From a virus (lineage: Duplodnaviria; Caudoviricetes): a DNA stretch of 64,000 nt. The position numbers and the translations under genes were made by a program. The notes beneath the pieces are model-generated. The model ran no database searches. It was not told the origin of the DNA and saw only the letters and a program-made list of their open reading frames with translations. Position 1 is the first letter of the stretch; each line of letters begins with the position of its first letter. Of this stretch, positions 10,419 to 20,372 are shown piece after piece. The DNA is taken from positions 15,607-79,606 of IMG/VR virus record IMGVR_UViG_3300032319_000568. One strand, 5' to 3'.

Positions 10419-11351
10419 ATGAAGATTTTGTTTATTGTTCATCGAACATATCCTTACAACGGAGGATCAGAATATAATGTTAAATTAATAAGCGAGGGTT
10501 TGGCAAATATAGGATTTGATGTATCGGTGTTAACAGACGTTTCAAATGGAAATTATGGAAAAGTGCGGGTTGTAAATGATAGAAATTTATTGTTCTCAAA
10601 TGAATATGATTGGATTATTATTCACGGTAACGATATGCCTATTCAAGATTATGCGTTAAATAATATTACTAAGATTAAATCTAAGATTTTGTATTGGATA
10701 ATAAAACCGTCGGACAGTGAAAGTGCAATTAATGGGTTTAAATATGCGACTGCAGTTGGTTGGGGCACATCATATGATTATAAACACATAATCAAATATG
10801 ATTGTTTAAACAAAGCAAAATATATAAGATATGCATCTGATATACAAAACTCCGTCGGCGCCAAATCAAATAATAAATTTAGATATTTTTGTAGTTCAGG
10901 CGGATTTGGTCATCATAAGAGATTCGATGAGTTGATACAAACATTTCTAGATTCAAATATACCCAATACAAAATTGATACTAACTGGTTATATAGGAGAC
11001 AAACCAAATATTAGTAATGATAATATTATGATATACTCCATAGATAACAGATCAGATTATTTAAATATTTTGGCTAATGCTGATTTATATATAATGAATA
11101 GTATTGATGAAGGGTTTGGGTTGGTATTGTTAGATGCCATGATCAATAGAGTTCCGTGGATATCAAGAAACATTGCAGGCGCAACTGACATGATGGAATA
11201 TGGAAACGTATATTCGGATTTAGAAAAATTAAAATTTTTAATGCAGAATTTTAGTCCCGATATAGAAAAAATAGAAAATTCATATAAATATGTTTTAAAC
11301 GAACGATCCACATGTTCCATGATTAAAGATTTTGAATATATCTTCAAATAA
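10419..11351 (+). CDS. GT4-family glycosyltransferase
   Basis: GGSEY, HHKRFDELI, ADLYIMNSIDEGFGLVLLDAM; start reassigned to MKILFIVH at 10419. Confidence 0.88.
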   Translation: MKILFIVHRTYPYNGGSEYNVKLISEGLANIGFDVSVLTDVSNGNYGKVRVVNDRNLLFSNEYDWIIIHGNDMPIQDYALNNITKIKSKILYWIIKPSDSESAINGFKYATAVGWGTSYDYKHIIKYDCLNKAKYIRYASDIQNSVGAKSNNKFRYFCSSGGFGHHKRFDELIQTFLDSNIPNTKLILTGYIGDKPNISNDNIMIYSIDNRSDYLNILANADLYIMNSIDEGFGLVLLDAMINRVPWISRNIAGATDMMEYGNVYSDLEKLKFLMQNFSPDIEKIENSYKYVLNERSTCSMIKDFEYIFK

Positions 11352-11368
11352 ACAATATTTATAAGTAT

Positions 11369-11902
11369 ATGTCTAAACTACAAGAATTGGGAGATACCGG
11401 CGACAGAATGATGCAAGGTCTACCATTTACACAAGGAGGAGCTGTTTCTGGTGCTTCTGATGTATCAACTTTTGCAAGTCCTGATGTATCACAGAACCCT
11501 GACAATTTTGACACATTAACCGATAAAAGCAATCTTGTTGTGGGTGCTAAGGATTCAATGTCAAAAATATCTCCATTTGGACCTTATACTGGCCAAAATC
11601 CAAGAGATTATGTGGGAGATGTTGAAAAAATCAAATACAAAGTTACTCCGGACGAAGTACTTGTTGGAATTGATTACGAAATGAAGAAGTTAGTATTAAA
11701 GGATAAACAAGTGGCTAAACAAAACGTTGTTAACAATCTTAAAAAAGATCGTCAATATTACAGTAAGTTACATATGTTAGATATTAACGACGACGATGAA
11801 ATCACAACTCCACAAGATTATCGTACTCCACAAGAAAAGGCAATTGGGGAAATAATGAGAGATTTACATGAAAAGAAGAAACAACGTAGAAATTGGAGTT
11901 AA
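11369..11902 (+). CDS. hypothetical phage protein
   Basis: 177-aa ORF preceded by ATATTTATA motif; C-terminal YYSKL similar to module in 12111 ORF. Confidence 0.7.
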   Translation: MSKLQELGDTGDRMMQGLPFTQGGAVSGASDVSTFASPDVSQNPDNFDTLTDKSNLVVGAKDSMSKISPFGPYTGQNPRDYVGDVEKIKYKVTPDEVLVGIDYEMKKLVLKDKQVAKQNVVNNLKKDRQYYSKLHMLDINDDDEITTPQDYRTPQEKAIGEIMRDLHEKKKQRRNWS

Positions 11903-11914
11903 TATTTATTAAAT

Positions 11915-12118
11915 ATGAGAAATTTTGCTAAAGACGGTCCTCCCAAATATCATAAACCAGATCCACTTCATAAAGGATGGCATTATATCGGCGATGGTAA
12001 ATTTCACGATCCCACTTTGGGAAGTGATGCAATGCGAGGTCGTAGATGGATGATTGATCCAAGTGTGGGAAACGGTAAAAGCTTTTCAAAATTTCAACAA
12101 GGAATAAAAAATGATTAA
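11915..12118 (+). CDS. small basic hypothetical protein
   Basis: 67-aa ORF, ATATTTATT upstream, overlaps next start. Confidence 0.6.
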   Translation: MRNFAKDGPPKYHKPDPLHKGWHYIGDGKFHDPTLGSDAMRGRRWMIDPSVGNGKSFSKFQQGIKND

Positions 12119-14087
12119 TAATTTAGATAAACTGCCAGGAGGAGTAGGCGATCATACACCGACAGATCAGATTGATCCTATTCAACTAAGTACAGGTATA
12201 CAAATTGAGATGGAACATACAAACGATACTGGAGTTGCACAGTCTATCGCTATGGATCATCTTACAGTAGATCCTAAATATTACAGTAAATTGGTTGCTG
12301 CTGGATTAACTAGTGAATTTAAACCATCAACTGGTTCTGGATTAGGCGATACAAATCAAAGTATTAACGATGAATCTAGAGTTGGTAATAAAGGTTTACA
12401 AAAAAATAATATGGGTGGAACTATTGGCGGTACACCAAATGGACAAGTAGATGGTAGAAATAGTGAACCAATTATTAACAAAACGATTGATATTGAATTG
12501 GAAAATCAAACTTTTAGTAGCTTAGAAGAAGCTATATTAGACGAAAAGAAAAGAAGAAAATCTGGTAAAGCTAAAAGAAAACCAAAACCAACAAATCCCT
12601 CTTTATGGGCTAGAGCCAAATCTGCAGCAAGATCTAAATTTGATGTTTATCCGTGTGTACCACTTGATAGTAAAGCTCTCACAAAAAATGGATGGAAAAC
12701 ATACGAAGAGTTAACTATTGGTGAATTGATATTAACTTATAATATTAATAAAGATGAGTTGGAGTGGAAACCAATATTGAATCTTAATTTTTTTGAAAAT
12801 GCTGAATTAATAAGAATGTATAAACCTACCGGATTTTCAATAAAATGTACACCCAATCACAAATGGGTTGTACAAAGAGGGCCCGATTATTCTACAGTTG
12901 AGTTAATTGAAACAAAAGATTTACCTAAAAGATCTAGAATAGTAATATGTGCGGAGTTAAAAAGTAATGAGAATATAGTATTAGAAAATTTTTCAAAAAC
13001 CGATAATTGGACTGAAAACGTTATTAATATGAGTTCTGAACAAAGAAAATCGTTTTTAGCGGCTTCTATAATATATGATGGTTGGGATAGAGGATCGTCT
13101 TCAAAGATAGAAGGCCGACACACATTTGGATTTGTTCAGAAAAATTCAGATCATTTGGATGCTGGTTTATTAGCAGCGTATTTAAGTGGCTATTATGTAT
13201 CGGTACACGACCGAGGATATATTACATCTGCTAGTTTTATAAGAAATAAAAAGTGTCATTCTGTTCAGAATGTAAAATTTGAAAAAACAGAAAATGAAGA
13301 TGTTTGGTGTCCAACAACCGAAAATAATACCTGGGTAATGTATCAAAACGGTTTAATTACGATTACCGGCAATTCCGCTTATGCTAATGGTTGGGCCACT
13401 AAATGGTACAAGAGTAAAGGCGGTGGATGGCGAATGAGTGAAGCTTATCCAGCTCAAGCTATGGAAAGTCCGTATCCATCTGACGGAACAATGATTGGAT
13501 CTGGTACAAATGGTAGTGGATATGATTTTGTCGGATATGCAGAAAGTAAAAAAACTATGAATAAACAACAACTAAAAGAAGCTATTAAACGAATGATTCG
13601 TGAAATGGAACAAGATGATGTTAATGTGGATGCGGAAAAAGAATCTGTGACTATCACATTGGATCGTGAACTTGCTCAAAAACTTCACGCTTTATTAATG
13701 ACACAACTAACTCCACCAGGCGAAGATGCTGAACAAACTCCTGCTGGACCAGAAGACGCAAATGCTGTGGTACCAGATGAAGACGATACAGAAGTTACCG
13801 CTGCTAACATGAGCAGCGATCAATTGCCAATTAAAGCTGGTGAAGAAAGTGGTGAATCTGTTGATGACGTTACATCCGATGAATCGGATTCAATGGATGA
13901 AGCTAAAAAGAAATGGATACAAAAAGCTATTACTAAACCAGGCGCTTTGAAAAAACAACTGGGTGTAGCCGCCGGTAAAAAAATAGCATCGGGTAAATTA
14001 GCTGCTGCAGCTAAGAAGAGTGGTAAACTTGGTCAAAGAGCACGATTGGCTATGACGCTTCGTAAGTTAAAAGAAAATCTAGAATAA
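12111..14087 (+). CDS. modular phage protein (DUF5661-like N-terminus, KFDVYP-SAYANGW module, KWIQKA..PGAL module) containing an intein
   Basis: GIQIEMEHT..IAMDHL..DPKYYSKL; intein aa 182-421; acidic linkers between basic modules. Confidence 0.8.
   Translation: MINNLDKLPGGVGDHTPTDQIDPIQLSTGIQIEMEHTNDTGVAQSIAMDHLTVDPKYYSKLVAAGLTSEFKPSTGSGLGDTNQSINDESRVGNKGLQKNNMGGTIGGTPNGQVDGRNSEPIINKTIDIELENQTFSSLEEAILDEKKRRKSGKAKRKPKPTNPSLWARAKSAARSKFDVYPCVPLDSKALTKNGWKTYEELTIGELILTYNINKDELEWKPILNLNFFENAELIRMYKPTGFSIKCTPNHKWVVQRGPDYSTVELIETKDLPKRSRIVICAELKSNENIVLENFSKTDNWTENVINMSSEQRKSFLAASIIYDGWDRGSSSKIEGRHTFGFVQKNSDHLDAGLLAAYLSGYYVSVHDRGYITSASFIRNKKCHSVQNVKFEKTENEDVWCPTTENNTWVMYQNGLITITGNSAYANGWATKWYKSKGGGWRMSEAYPAQAMESPYPSDGTMIGSGTNGSGYDFVGYAESKKTMNKQQLKEAIKRMIREMEQDDVNVDAEKESVTITLDRELAQKLHALLMTQLTPPGEDAEQTPAGPEDANAVVPDEDDTEVTAANMSSDQLPIKAGEESGESVDDVTSDESDSMDEAKKKWIQKAITKPGALKKQLGVAAGKKIASGKLAAAAKKSGKLGQRARLAMTLRKLKENLE
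12654..13373 (+). mobile_element. cis-splicing intein, 240 aa, degenerate LAGLIDADG remnant
   Basis: starts CVPLDSKALTKNGW, block B CTPNHKW, ends VWCPTTENNTWV..ITGN followed by Ser; removal gives contiguous FDVYP|SAYANGW. Confidence 0.92.
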
Positions 14088-14104
14088 TATTCAAATTAAG
14101 ATTT

Positions 14105-15592
14105 ATGAAAGAAATCGACAATTCATCACTAGCAAATTATAAAGCATATCAAAAGTATAAAGATTATGCTTTAAAAATGATTTCAAAGCTTGAAAAAATA
14201 AAAGCAATTGGAAAAGGCAAAGTGCCTGTTAGTGACATTGTGACACAAAGTTCTGTATCTTCTATCATTGTTGGGTTAGGTGATAGATTTCCAGAATTGA
14301 CAACCAAATTGAAAAATTTGTTGAAACATTCTTTCAATCACAGCGATCTGGTTAAGTTACACCAAACAGGTAAAATGAATCTTAATAACTGGGAAGATCG
14401 ATCTTTAAGTGAAAATGCAGAAATGGCACAAAGTGATATTACGAAGATTATTGATTATAGTGAAAAACTACAATCAATGTTTACTGTAAATGATAACTTG
14501 GAAGATTGGGTTAAAGCTAAGTTAAATCATGCGTGTGACTATGTAGCTACAGTGCGTGATTATTTGAAGTTTTACCACGATGAAAAGGAAGCTGGTACTA
14601 CCGATGATCAAATAGATGAAAAGTGGACGAATACTTATAAGAAGAGTATTAATTGCAGCAATCCCAAAGGTTTTAGTCAGAAGGCACATTGTAAAGCCAG
14701 AAGACTAAGACAAGCTGGTAAACATACACAAAGTAAACCAGTAAGAGAAATATATGAAGCTGTTGTGCGTCATATGTTGAAAGAATTTGATAGCCGTATG
14801 GCTATGGGTGCTTTGAAGCAACTTAACAGTGATGCTAAAGAATTAGAGCAAATGTTGCAACCAAATACTCAATTAGAAGATTGGGTAAAAGCTAAGTTGA
14901 ACTTGGCTGGTGAATATTTGGATGATGTGTATCATCATTTAGATCACTTTGGTCCAGAAGGTAGAAAGTTTGACGAAGTAAAGGTTGCAAACGATATTGA
15001 AGAAGGTTGGAAAGACTGGGTTGCTGCTGGAGCTATTGGATTGGGTGCAATGTCGGGTAAAGTCGATGCGTCAAAAATAAAACCAACTGATCAAGTTGCT
15101 ATAACACAAAGTGCACAAAAATCAATTGGGTCTTTTATGGACTACATTAAGAAAGTGGAGAATCAAGGCAAAGTTGGATATAATGTTGAAAAGAAGCTTT
15201 GGTTTCCACATAAAAGTTTTGAAGGTGGAAGTGATACCATTGGATACGGTCATAAAATACAAAAAGGAGAAGACTTTAGTACGGGTATAACAGATGCTCA
15301 AGCTGAATCTCTATTAAAGACAGATTTGGCAAAAGCAAAACAACAAGTTTATAAAGAGGTTGGTGGTGTTAAATTAACTCCTCAACAAGAAGAAATGTTT
15401 ATTGACTTTGTATTCAATATGGGCACATTGAAGAAATTTCCTAAGTTTACCGAATTTGCATTAAAAAATGACTTAGAAGGCATGAAGTCTCAATATAAGA
15501 GATATGCAGGTGGTAAAGAATTAAAAGGTAGAAACTCAGAGTTCCTAAAAAGATTTTTAGCTGAGTATTTTGGTTTTACAACTTATTTTTAA
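14105..15592 (+). CDS. modular protein with C-terminal GH24-like phage lysozyme
   Basis: two LEDWVKAKL repeats, KW..YKKSINCSNPKGFSQKAHC module, then IKKVE..DTIGYGH..LLKTDL..FVFNMG lysozyme motifs. Confidence 0.8.
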   Translation: MKEIDNSSLANYKAYQKYKDYALKMISKLEKIKAIGKGKVPVSDIVTQSSVSSIIVGLGDRFPELTTKLKNLLKHSFNHSDLVKLHQTGKMNLNNWEDRSLSENAEMAQSDITKIIDYSEKLQSMFTVNDNLEDWVKAKLNHACDYVATVRDYLKFYHDEKEAGTTDDQIDEKWTNTYKKSINCSNPKGFSQKAHCKARRLRQAGKHTQSKPVREIYEAVVRHMLKEFDSRMAMGALKQLNSDAKELEQMLQPNTQLEDWVKAKLNLAGEYLDDVYHHLDHFGPEGRKFDEVKVANDIEEGWKDWVAAGAIGLGAMSGKVDASKIKPTDQVAITQSAQKSIGSFMDYIKKVENQGKVGYNVEKKLWFPHKSFEGGSDTIGYGHKIQKGEDFSTGITDAQAESLLKTDLAKAKQQVYKEVGGVKLTPQQEEMFIDFVFNMGTLKKFPKFTEFALKNDLEGMKSQYKRYAGGKELKGRNSEFLKRFLAEYFGFTTYF

Positions 15593-15595
15593 GTT

Positions 15596-15934
15596 ATGGA
15601 TGAATGGCCAACTGTGCCTATGGGCAACTTACAAGCTATGATGGTAATGCGTCAACAGAGTGCGCCTACGCCATCTATTAATGGTTTTGATCCATATCAA
15701 GCTATGTTGAGACGTAATCAATCAAATATGCCTAATGAGAGTGGTTATATTAATACGGAGATAACTCAATATGATCCAAAAGATATTCAAGAGTTGGAAG
15801 AGTTTTGTCAACAATACGGTGTAATGGGATTTAACTTTGGCAAGATGAATCCCAAATCAGCGTTACGAATGCTTAAAGGAAAAATGGGTATTGTTGACGA
15901 AAAAGTTAGTAATAAAAAAATGTTATTAGATTGA
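15596..15934 (+). CDS. hypothetical protein
   Basis: 112-aa ORF in operon. Confidence 0.6.
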   Translation: MDEWPTVPMGNLQAMMVMRQQSAPTPSINGFDPYQAMLRRNQSNMPNESGYINTEITQYDPKDIQELEEFCQQYGVMGFNFGKMNPKSALRMLKGKMGIVDEKVSNKKMLLD

Positions 15935-15953
15935 TTGTTTTGTATTTATTTGT

Positions 15954-17312
15954 ATGTCTGTTATATTGATTGAAAGGAAAACTAATCCACTAGTAATTAG
16001 ATTTAAAATAGAATCTTGTGTCAAAGACGAACCAGCTTTGTTTATTTGGGAGGATCCGATTTCTAAAAATATAAGACATATAGATAATATATCTTTAACT
16101 CAAAATGTCGAATACTACTCATCTATTAATAAAAATCTATCGTTTTTTGAAAATGGAATTAGATTTAAGATTGTTTCTTTAAAAGATTACAAATGTTTAT
16201 ATAGTTATGATTTTAAAAATTTAAATTTCATATCGGGCAAAAACATTTTATATATATCACAAAATAGTTATACAGGATACAGTTATGCTGCTAGAAACTA
16301 TATTTATCAATTATTACAATCTGGTTATAATGTACAGTGGCACGATAAGTTTACAACATCGGGTTTCTACAAACCAGTAACCGAAGAAGAACAATTAGTA
16401 TTTAATTGTTTAAATAATAAAATTGATTATGAGTCTGTTATCATTCATCATACACCCGAGTCTTGGAAGCCTATTTTTGATCAAACTCCCAGAGATAAAA
16501 AAGTGTATGGATTAACAACTTGGGAGACTACAAGACTACATCCTACGTGGATAGACTATATTAATGATAGCATAGATCAGGTTATAGTTCCGTCTAAGTT
16601 TAATATAGAAACATTTAAACAAAGTGGAGTAAACAAACCATTGAATTTGTGGTATCATGATATATTCCCATTTCAAAAATCAAATGTTAATTTGATTGAT
16701 TTATATAATAAATTTGTTCTTTTTAACGGTACGGAATTTACAATGAATTCGATGTTAATTAAAAATTTAACAGAACAGAATACAGTTTATTATAATATAT
16801 CACAGTTTAATTATAGAAAAAATTTAACTCAAGTTATTAGTTCATTTTGTAAGAAATTTACAAATAGAGACAATGTATGTTTGTTTGTTAAAACGTATTT
16901 AGAATTTTTTAACAAAAAAGAAACTGATGCTCTAAAATATAAAATAGTTGAATTGACCAGACAATTTAAAGACTTACCTAAAATTGTATTTTGTTTTGAG
17001 AATTTAAACAATGATGAAATTGATGCTATTCACAAGCTTGGAGATGTATATTTTACATTGAATCGGGGAGAAGGATTTGGACTATGTACGTATACAGCGA
17101 AGAAGATCGGTAATAGAATTATCTGCGGAAAGTTTGGAGCTGAAAAAGAATTCTTAGATGATACAGATTTATTATTAGATTATGAACTGGGACCATCGGA
17201 TAATTTGGATGATTTTAACAAATATTACATTGGTCACGGACAACAATGTGCTTATTATGATACGGATTATGTAGTTTCAAAATTACAATATTATCAAAAA
17301 ACAATCAAATAA
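15954..17312 (+). CDS. GT4-like glycosyltransferase
   Basis: TGYSYAAR, TTWET, VPSKFN, RKNL, RGEGFGL motifs. Confidence 0.85.
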   Translation: MSVILIERKTNPLVIRFKIESCVKDEPALFIWEDPISKNIRHIDNISLTQNVEYYSSINKNLSFFENGIRFKIVSLKDYKCLYSYDFKNLNFISGKNILYISQNSYTGYSYAARNYIYQLLQSGYNVQWHDKFTTSGFYKPVTEEEQLVFNCLNNKIDYESVIIHHTPESWKPIFDQTPRDKKVYGLTTWETTRLHPTWIDYINDSIDQVIVPSKFNIETFKQSGVNKPLNLWYHDIFPFQKSNVNLIDLYNKFVLFNGTEFTMNSMLIKNLTEQNTVYYNISQFNYRKNLTQVISSFCKKFTNRDNVCLFVKTYLEFFNKKETDALKYKIVELTRQFKDLPKIVFCFENLNNDEIDAIHKLGDVYFTLNRGEGFGLCTYTAKKIGNRIICGKFGAEKEFLDDTDLLLDYELGPSDNLDDFNKYYIGHGQQCAYYDTDYVVSKLQYYQKTIK

Positions 17313-17315
17313 AAA

Positions 17316-17336
17316 ACCCTCAATTACGAGGGGTTC
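17316..17336. terminator. hairpin between convergent genes
   Basis: CCCTC-AATTAC-GAGGG stem flanked by A/T tracts. Confidence 0.5.
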
Positions 17337-17340
17337 GATT

Positions 17341-17607
17341 TTATTGTTCTAATTTAAATTTTGCTTGTTTTAATTCGGGCGGTAATAGTTCGTTTAGCGG
17401 TTCAAGACAGTTAACACAATATGGTATATTAATTGGTACCAAAGCGTCTTTATCTGTACCTGCAAGTATTTTACTTACTTTTCTAAACATAACGCCGTTT
17501 TGAAAAACAGCACCTTGACATTCAGTACATTGTACCGATTGCGTGTCTTTCAATCCAAAATTAACATTTGGCGTTTGATTCACTCCTTGTATTTTATTGT
17601 TAAACAT
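17341..17607 (-). CDS. small zinc-finger-like protein
   Basis: CTEC...CVNC pairs. Confidence 0.65.
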   Translation of the reverse strand: MFNNKIQGVNQTPNVNFGLKDTQSVQCTECQGAVFQNGVMFRKVSKILAGTDKDALVPINIPYCVNCLEPLNELLPPELKQAKFKLEQ

Positions 17608-17610
17608 AAT

Positions 17611-18021
17611 TTATATTCCTTTTCTTTTTTTGTAATCTTTTAATGCTTCTTCAATCGCGCATTCGGCTAAAACGCTACAATGGATTTTGTGTGGCATATT
17701 GGCTTTCCAGTTTTCAGCACCCCCCAATGCATCTAATACTTCATCATTTGAAAAATTTTTTAACTCTTCAACTGTTCTTCCTTTAATTAAGCTCATAGCC
17801 ATATCAGCAGCAGAAATAGCTGTACCACATCCAAATATTTTTGCTTTTGCATCTAATACTTTGTGTGTATCCGGATCTATTTTTAGTGTTATACGAAGAA
17901 CGTCGCCACACGCAGCCGCTCCTACCTCCGCAATTGCATCTGGATTTTCAATATCTCCAACATTTTGGGGATTAATAAATCTATCCATTATCTTTTCATT
18001 ATACAATTGGTGATCACTCAT
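17611..18021 (-). CDS. iscU: IscU/NifU-N Fe-S cluster scaffold protein
   Basis: F.NP.NVG, AACGD, FGCGTAISA, KIHCS.LA with the three conserved Cys. Confidence 0.93.
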   Translation of the reverse strand: MSDHQLYNEKIMDRFINPQNVGDIENPDAIAEVGAAACGDVLRITLKIDPDTHKVLDAKAKIFGCGTAISAADMAMSLIKGRTVEELKNFSNDEVLDALGGAENWKANMPHKIHCSVLAECAIEEALKDYKKRKGI

Positions 18022-18030
18022 ATATTATAA

Positions 18031-19143
18031 TTATAGTCCAATTTGTTTTAAGTCATTTTTAACCATCTTATCAACCAGTTGTTCAAATGAAGTTTCTGGT
18101 TTCCATCCTAATTCTTTTCTGGCTTTGGTGCTATCACCTAGTAATAAGTCTACTTCAGCAGGTCTATAAAACTTAGGATTGATTTTAACCAAGACAGAAA
18201 CTACTGGATCATATTTGTTTGCATCTTTTGTACTAATACTAAATTCAGCAGATTCAGCTTGTCCATGCCATGCACCTTCGATCTCAGCCCCTTTAAATGC
18301 GTACCATACAAATTCTGCAATGGTATGTGTTTCATTGCTGGATAACACATATTCATTTGGAGATTCTTGGTTTAACATTTTCCAGATACCATCAACAAAG
18401 TCTTCTGCATCACTCCAATCTCTTTTGGCTTTTACATTACCCAGTTCAATTGGTTCAAATGATTTTCTCTCAAGAATTGCTTTTTTGATTCTAGCTACTC
18501 CCTTGGTAATTTTTCGAGTGACAAATTCTTCACCTCTTCTAGTTCCTTCATGATTGAATAACAACCCCTGTACAGCATACAAGTTATAACTTTCTCTGTA
18601 TACTTTAACTAATTGTCTAGCTGCAGATTTACTAGCACCATATGGACTACGAGGTCTTGCGGGATGATTTTCATCTTGTGGAATGTATGCAACATTACCG
18701 TATTCTTCACTGCTACCCGCATTATAAAATCTACAAGATGGCTTATGTTGACGAATTGCTTCAAGAATATGAATTACACTTGTAGTATTACATTCCCATG
18801 TTTGTGATGGAAAGTCCCAACTAGAACCAACGAATGTCTGTGCTGCCAAATTAATAAAGTACGCGGGTTTTAGTTTTTCCACGATTTTGCTAATACTATG
18901 TGCATCACTCAAATCAAAGTTAACTAATTTAAATCTGAGGTTGTTTTCTAAGTGTCTAATGTTTTCGTGATTTTTGATACTTAGTCTTCTAGCCCCCCCA
19001 ACGATAAAATAGTCTGTATTGGTTAACAAATAATCGGCCATGTGACTTCCGTCTTGGCCCGTAACGCCTGTAACGAACACCACAGTTTTACCTTCAATTA
19101 AAGGTACAACGTCATTAATATTTAATATATCCATAAGTTTCAT
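18031..19143 (-). CDS. gmd: GDP-mannose 4,6-dehydratase
   Basis: TGVTGQDGS, NLAAQ, YNAGSSEEYG, PRSPYGASK, LFNHEG..RGEEFVTRKIT, RPAEVDLLLGD. Confidence 0.95.
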   Translation of the reverse strand: MKLMDILNINDVVPLIEGKTVVFVTGVTGQDGSHMADYLLTNTDYFIVGGARRLSIKNHENIRHLENNLRFKLVNFDLSDAHSISKIVEKLKPAYFINLAAQTFVGSSWDFPSQTWECNTTSVIHILEAIRQHKPSCRFYNAGSSEEYGNVAYIPQDENHPARPRSPYGASKSAARQLVKVYRESYNLYAVQGLLFNHEGTRRGEEFVTRKITKGVARIKKAILERKSFEPIELGNVKAKRDWSDAEDFVDGIWKMLNQESPNEYVLSSNETHTIAEFVWYAFKGAEIEGAWHGQAESAEFSISTKDANKYDPVVSVLVKINPKFYRPAEVDLLLGDSTKARKELGWKPETSFEQLVDKMVKNDLKQIGL

Positions 19144-19619
19144 TCAAATTCCGAATCCTCACCATCATCATCTTCTTCATCTAAATAGTCGTCTGAAGGG
19201 TCATTGGAAATATTATATTTTTCTTTGAACCTAGTCACATCATCATTTGTTATTTTTAATAGATGAAATACTGCTTGTATAAAAAATATAACATGTTCTT
19301 TTGAAAATTTATTTAGTTTACAAACACCAACTACTTTATTAGCCAGAATTAATATTTTTCGTTGAATCTTAGGATCAATTACTATTTTTCCACCATGTGA
19401 ATCCGATGTCACCAAACCTGGTATATTTGTTTGATTAAGATATTTCTGGGTACGAGATTTTATTTCTTTGTCAATTTCCTTTTCGATTTTTTTGGAATCT
19501 ATGTTTTTCTTTTCTAATCGTTTACGAATAGCTGATATTTGAGATTGTTTTATTTTTTTAGCAATATTAAATGAAACTAATATACCATGTTTTGATAAAA
19601 GATGTTGGTAGTTGTTCAT
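19140..19619 (-). CDS. hypothetical protein with acidic tail
   Basis: 159-aa ORF in operon. Confidence 0.6.
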   Translation of the reverse strand: MNNYQHLLSKHGILVSFNIAKKIKQSQISAIRKRLEKKNIDSKKIEKEIDKEIKSRTQKYLNQTNIPGLVTSDSHGGKIVIDPKIQRKILILANKVVGVCKLNKFSKEHVIFFIQAVFHLLKITNDDVTRFKEKYNISNDPSDDYLDEEDDDGEDSEFE

Positions 19620-19625
19620 TGTAAT

Positions 19626-20372
19626 TTAAAATCGTTGTTTTAATATTTTTTTACTATCTTGTAAAATGTCAGGATCAAATATTTTTGGTCCCTTGCTTAT
19701 ATATCCTTTACCGCTAGTAAATGTACAATTATAACAAAGTAACCTCATATTTTCTAATTTATGATTTTTGTTGTTACCGTCTTCAAAGTTTAGTAAAAAT
19801 GGCAATTTACCGTCTGTAATTCTACGTTCGTGAAATCCACACTGTTCACATTCTGATTTTTTGATACCTGATCTTATTAATTTGTCTTTTAATCTGTGAA
19901 TAGGAAAATCTGGATGTTTTCCGTCTAAAATATCATTAATTGGATATTTTCCTACGTTTGGATTACTTAAACTTCTGGGTGATTTTGTACCTTTAACAAT
20001 CGGCCATCCTTTTGTTACATGTATACCGTACTTTCTAGCGTGTGTTTTAAATGTTAAATAACACACTCCCAATAGTTTAGCTGCCATTTTTGCTGATGGT
20101 GCTCTGTCTATAACCTCTTGTATTTCAGATTGTGTAATTGGTTTGCTAAATTTCCCTAGATTAGGCCTCCTCGGATATATTTGTTCAGCGAATTGTTTTT
20201 CTAAGTGAGGAATAGACACACCTTTAGAACGTAACTCTTTAAATTCCTCAAGCTCTTTTCTAACATCTTGTCCAATCTCACTCAAAGACAATAAACGTTC
20301 AACTTTAGCTTTTAAAGCATCCAGTTCTTCTAACTTTTTTACGATTTGTTGCTGATCAAATATATTGTTCAT
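19626..20372 (-). CDS. HNH-like nuclease with N-terminal HTH-like region (His of HNH apparently lost)
   Basis: CEQCG..LLNFEDGNNKNHKLENMRLLCYNC. Confidence 0.7.
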   Translation of the reverse strand: MNNIFDQQQIVKKLEELDALKAKVERLLSLSEIGQDVRKELEEFKELRSKGVSIPHLEKQFAEQIYPRRPNLGKFSKPITQSEIQEVIDRAPSAKMAAKLLGVCYLTFKTHARKYGIHVTKGWPIVKGTKSPRSLSNPNVGKYPINDILDGKHPDFPIHRLKDKLIRSGIKKSECEQCGFHERRITDGKLPFLLNFEDGNNKNHKLENMRLLCYNCTFTSGKGYISKGPKIFDPDILQDSKKILKQRF

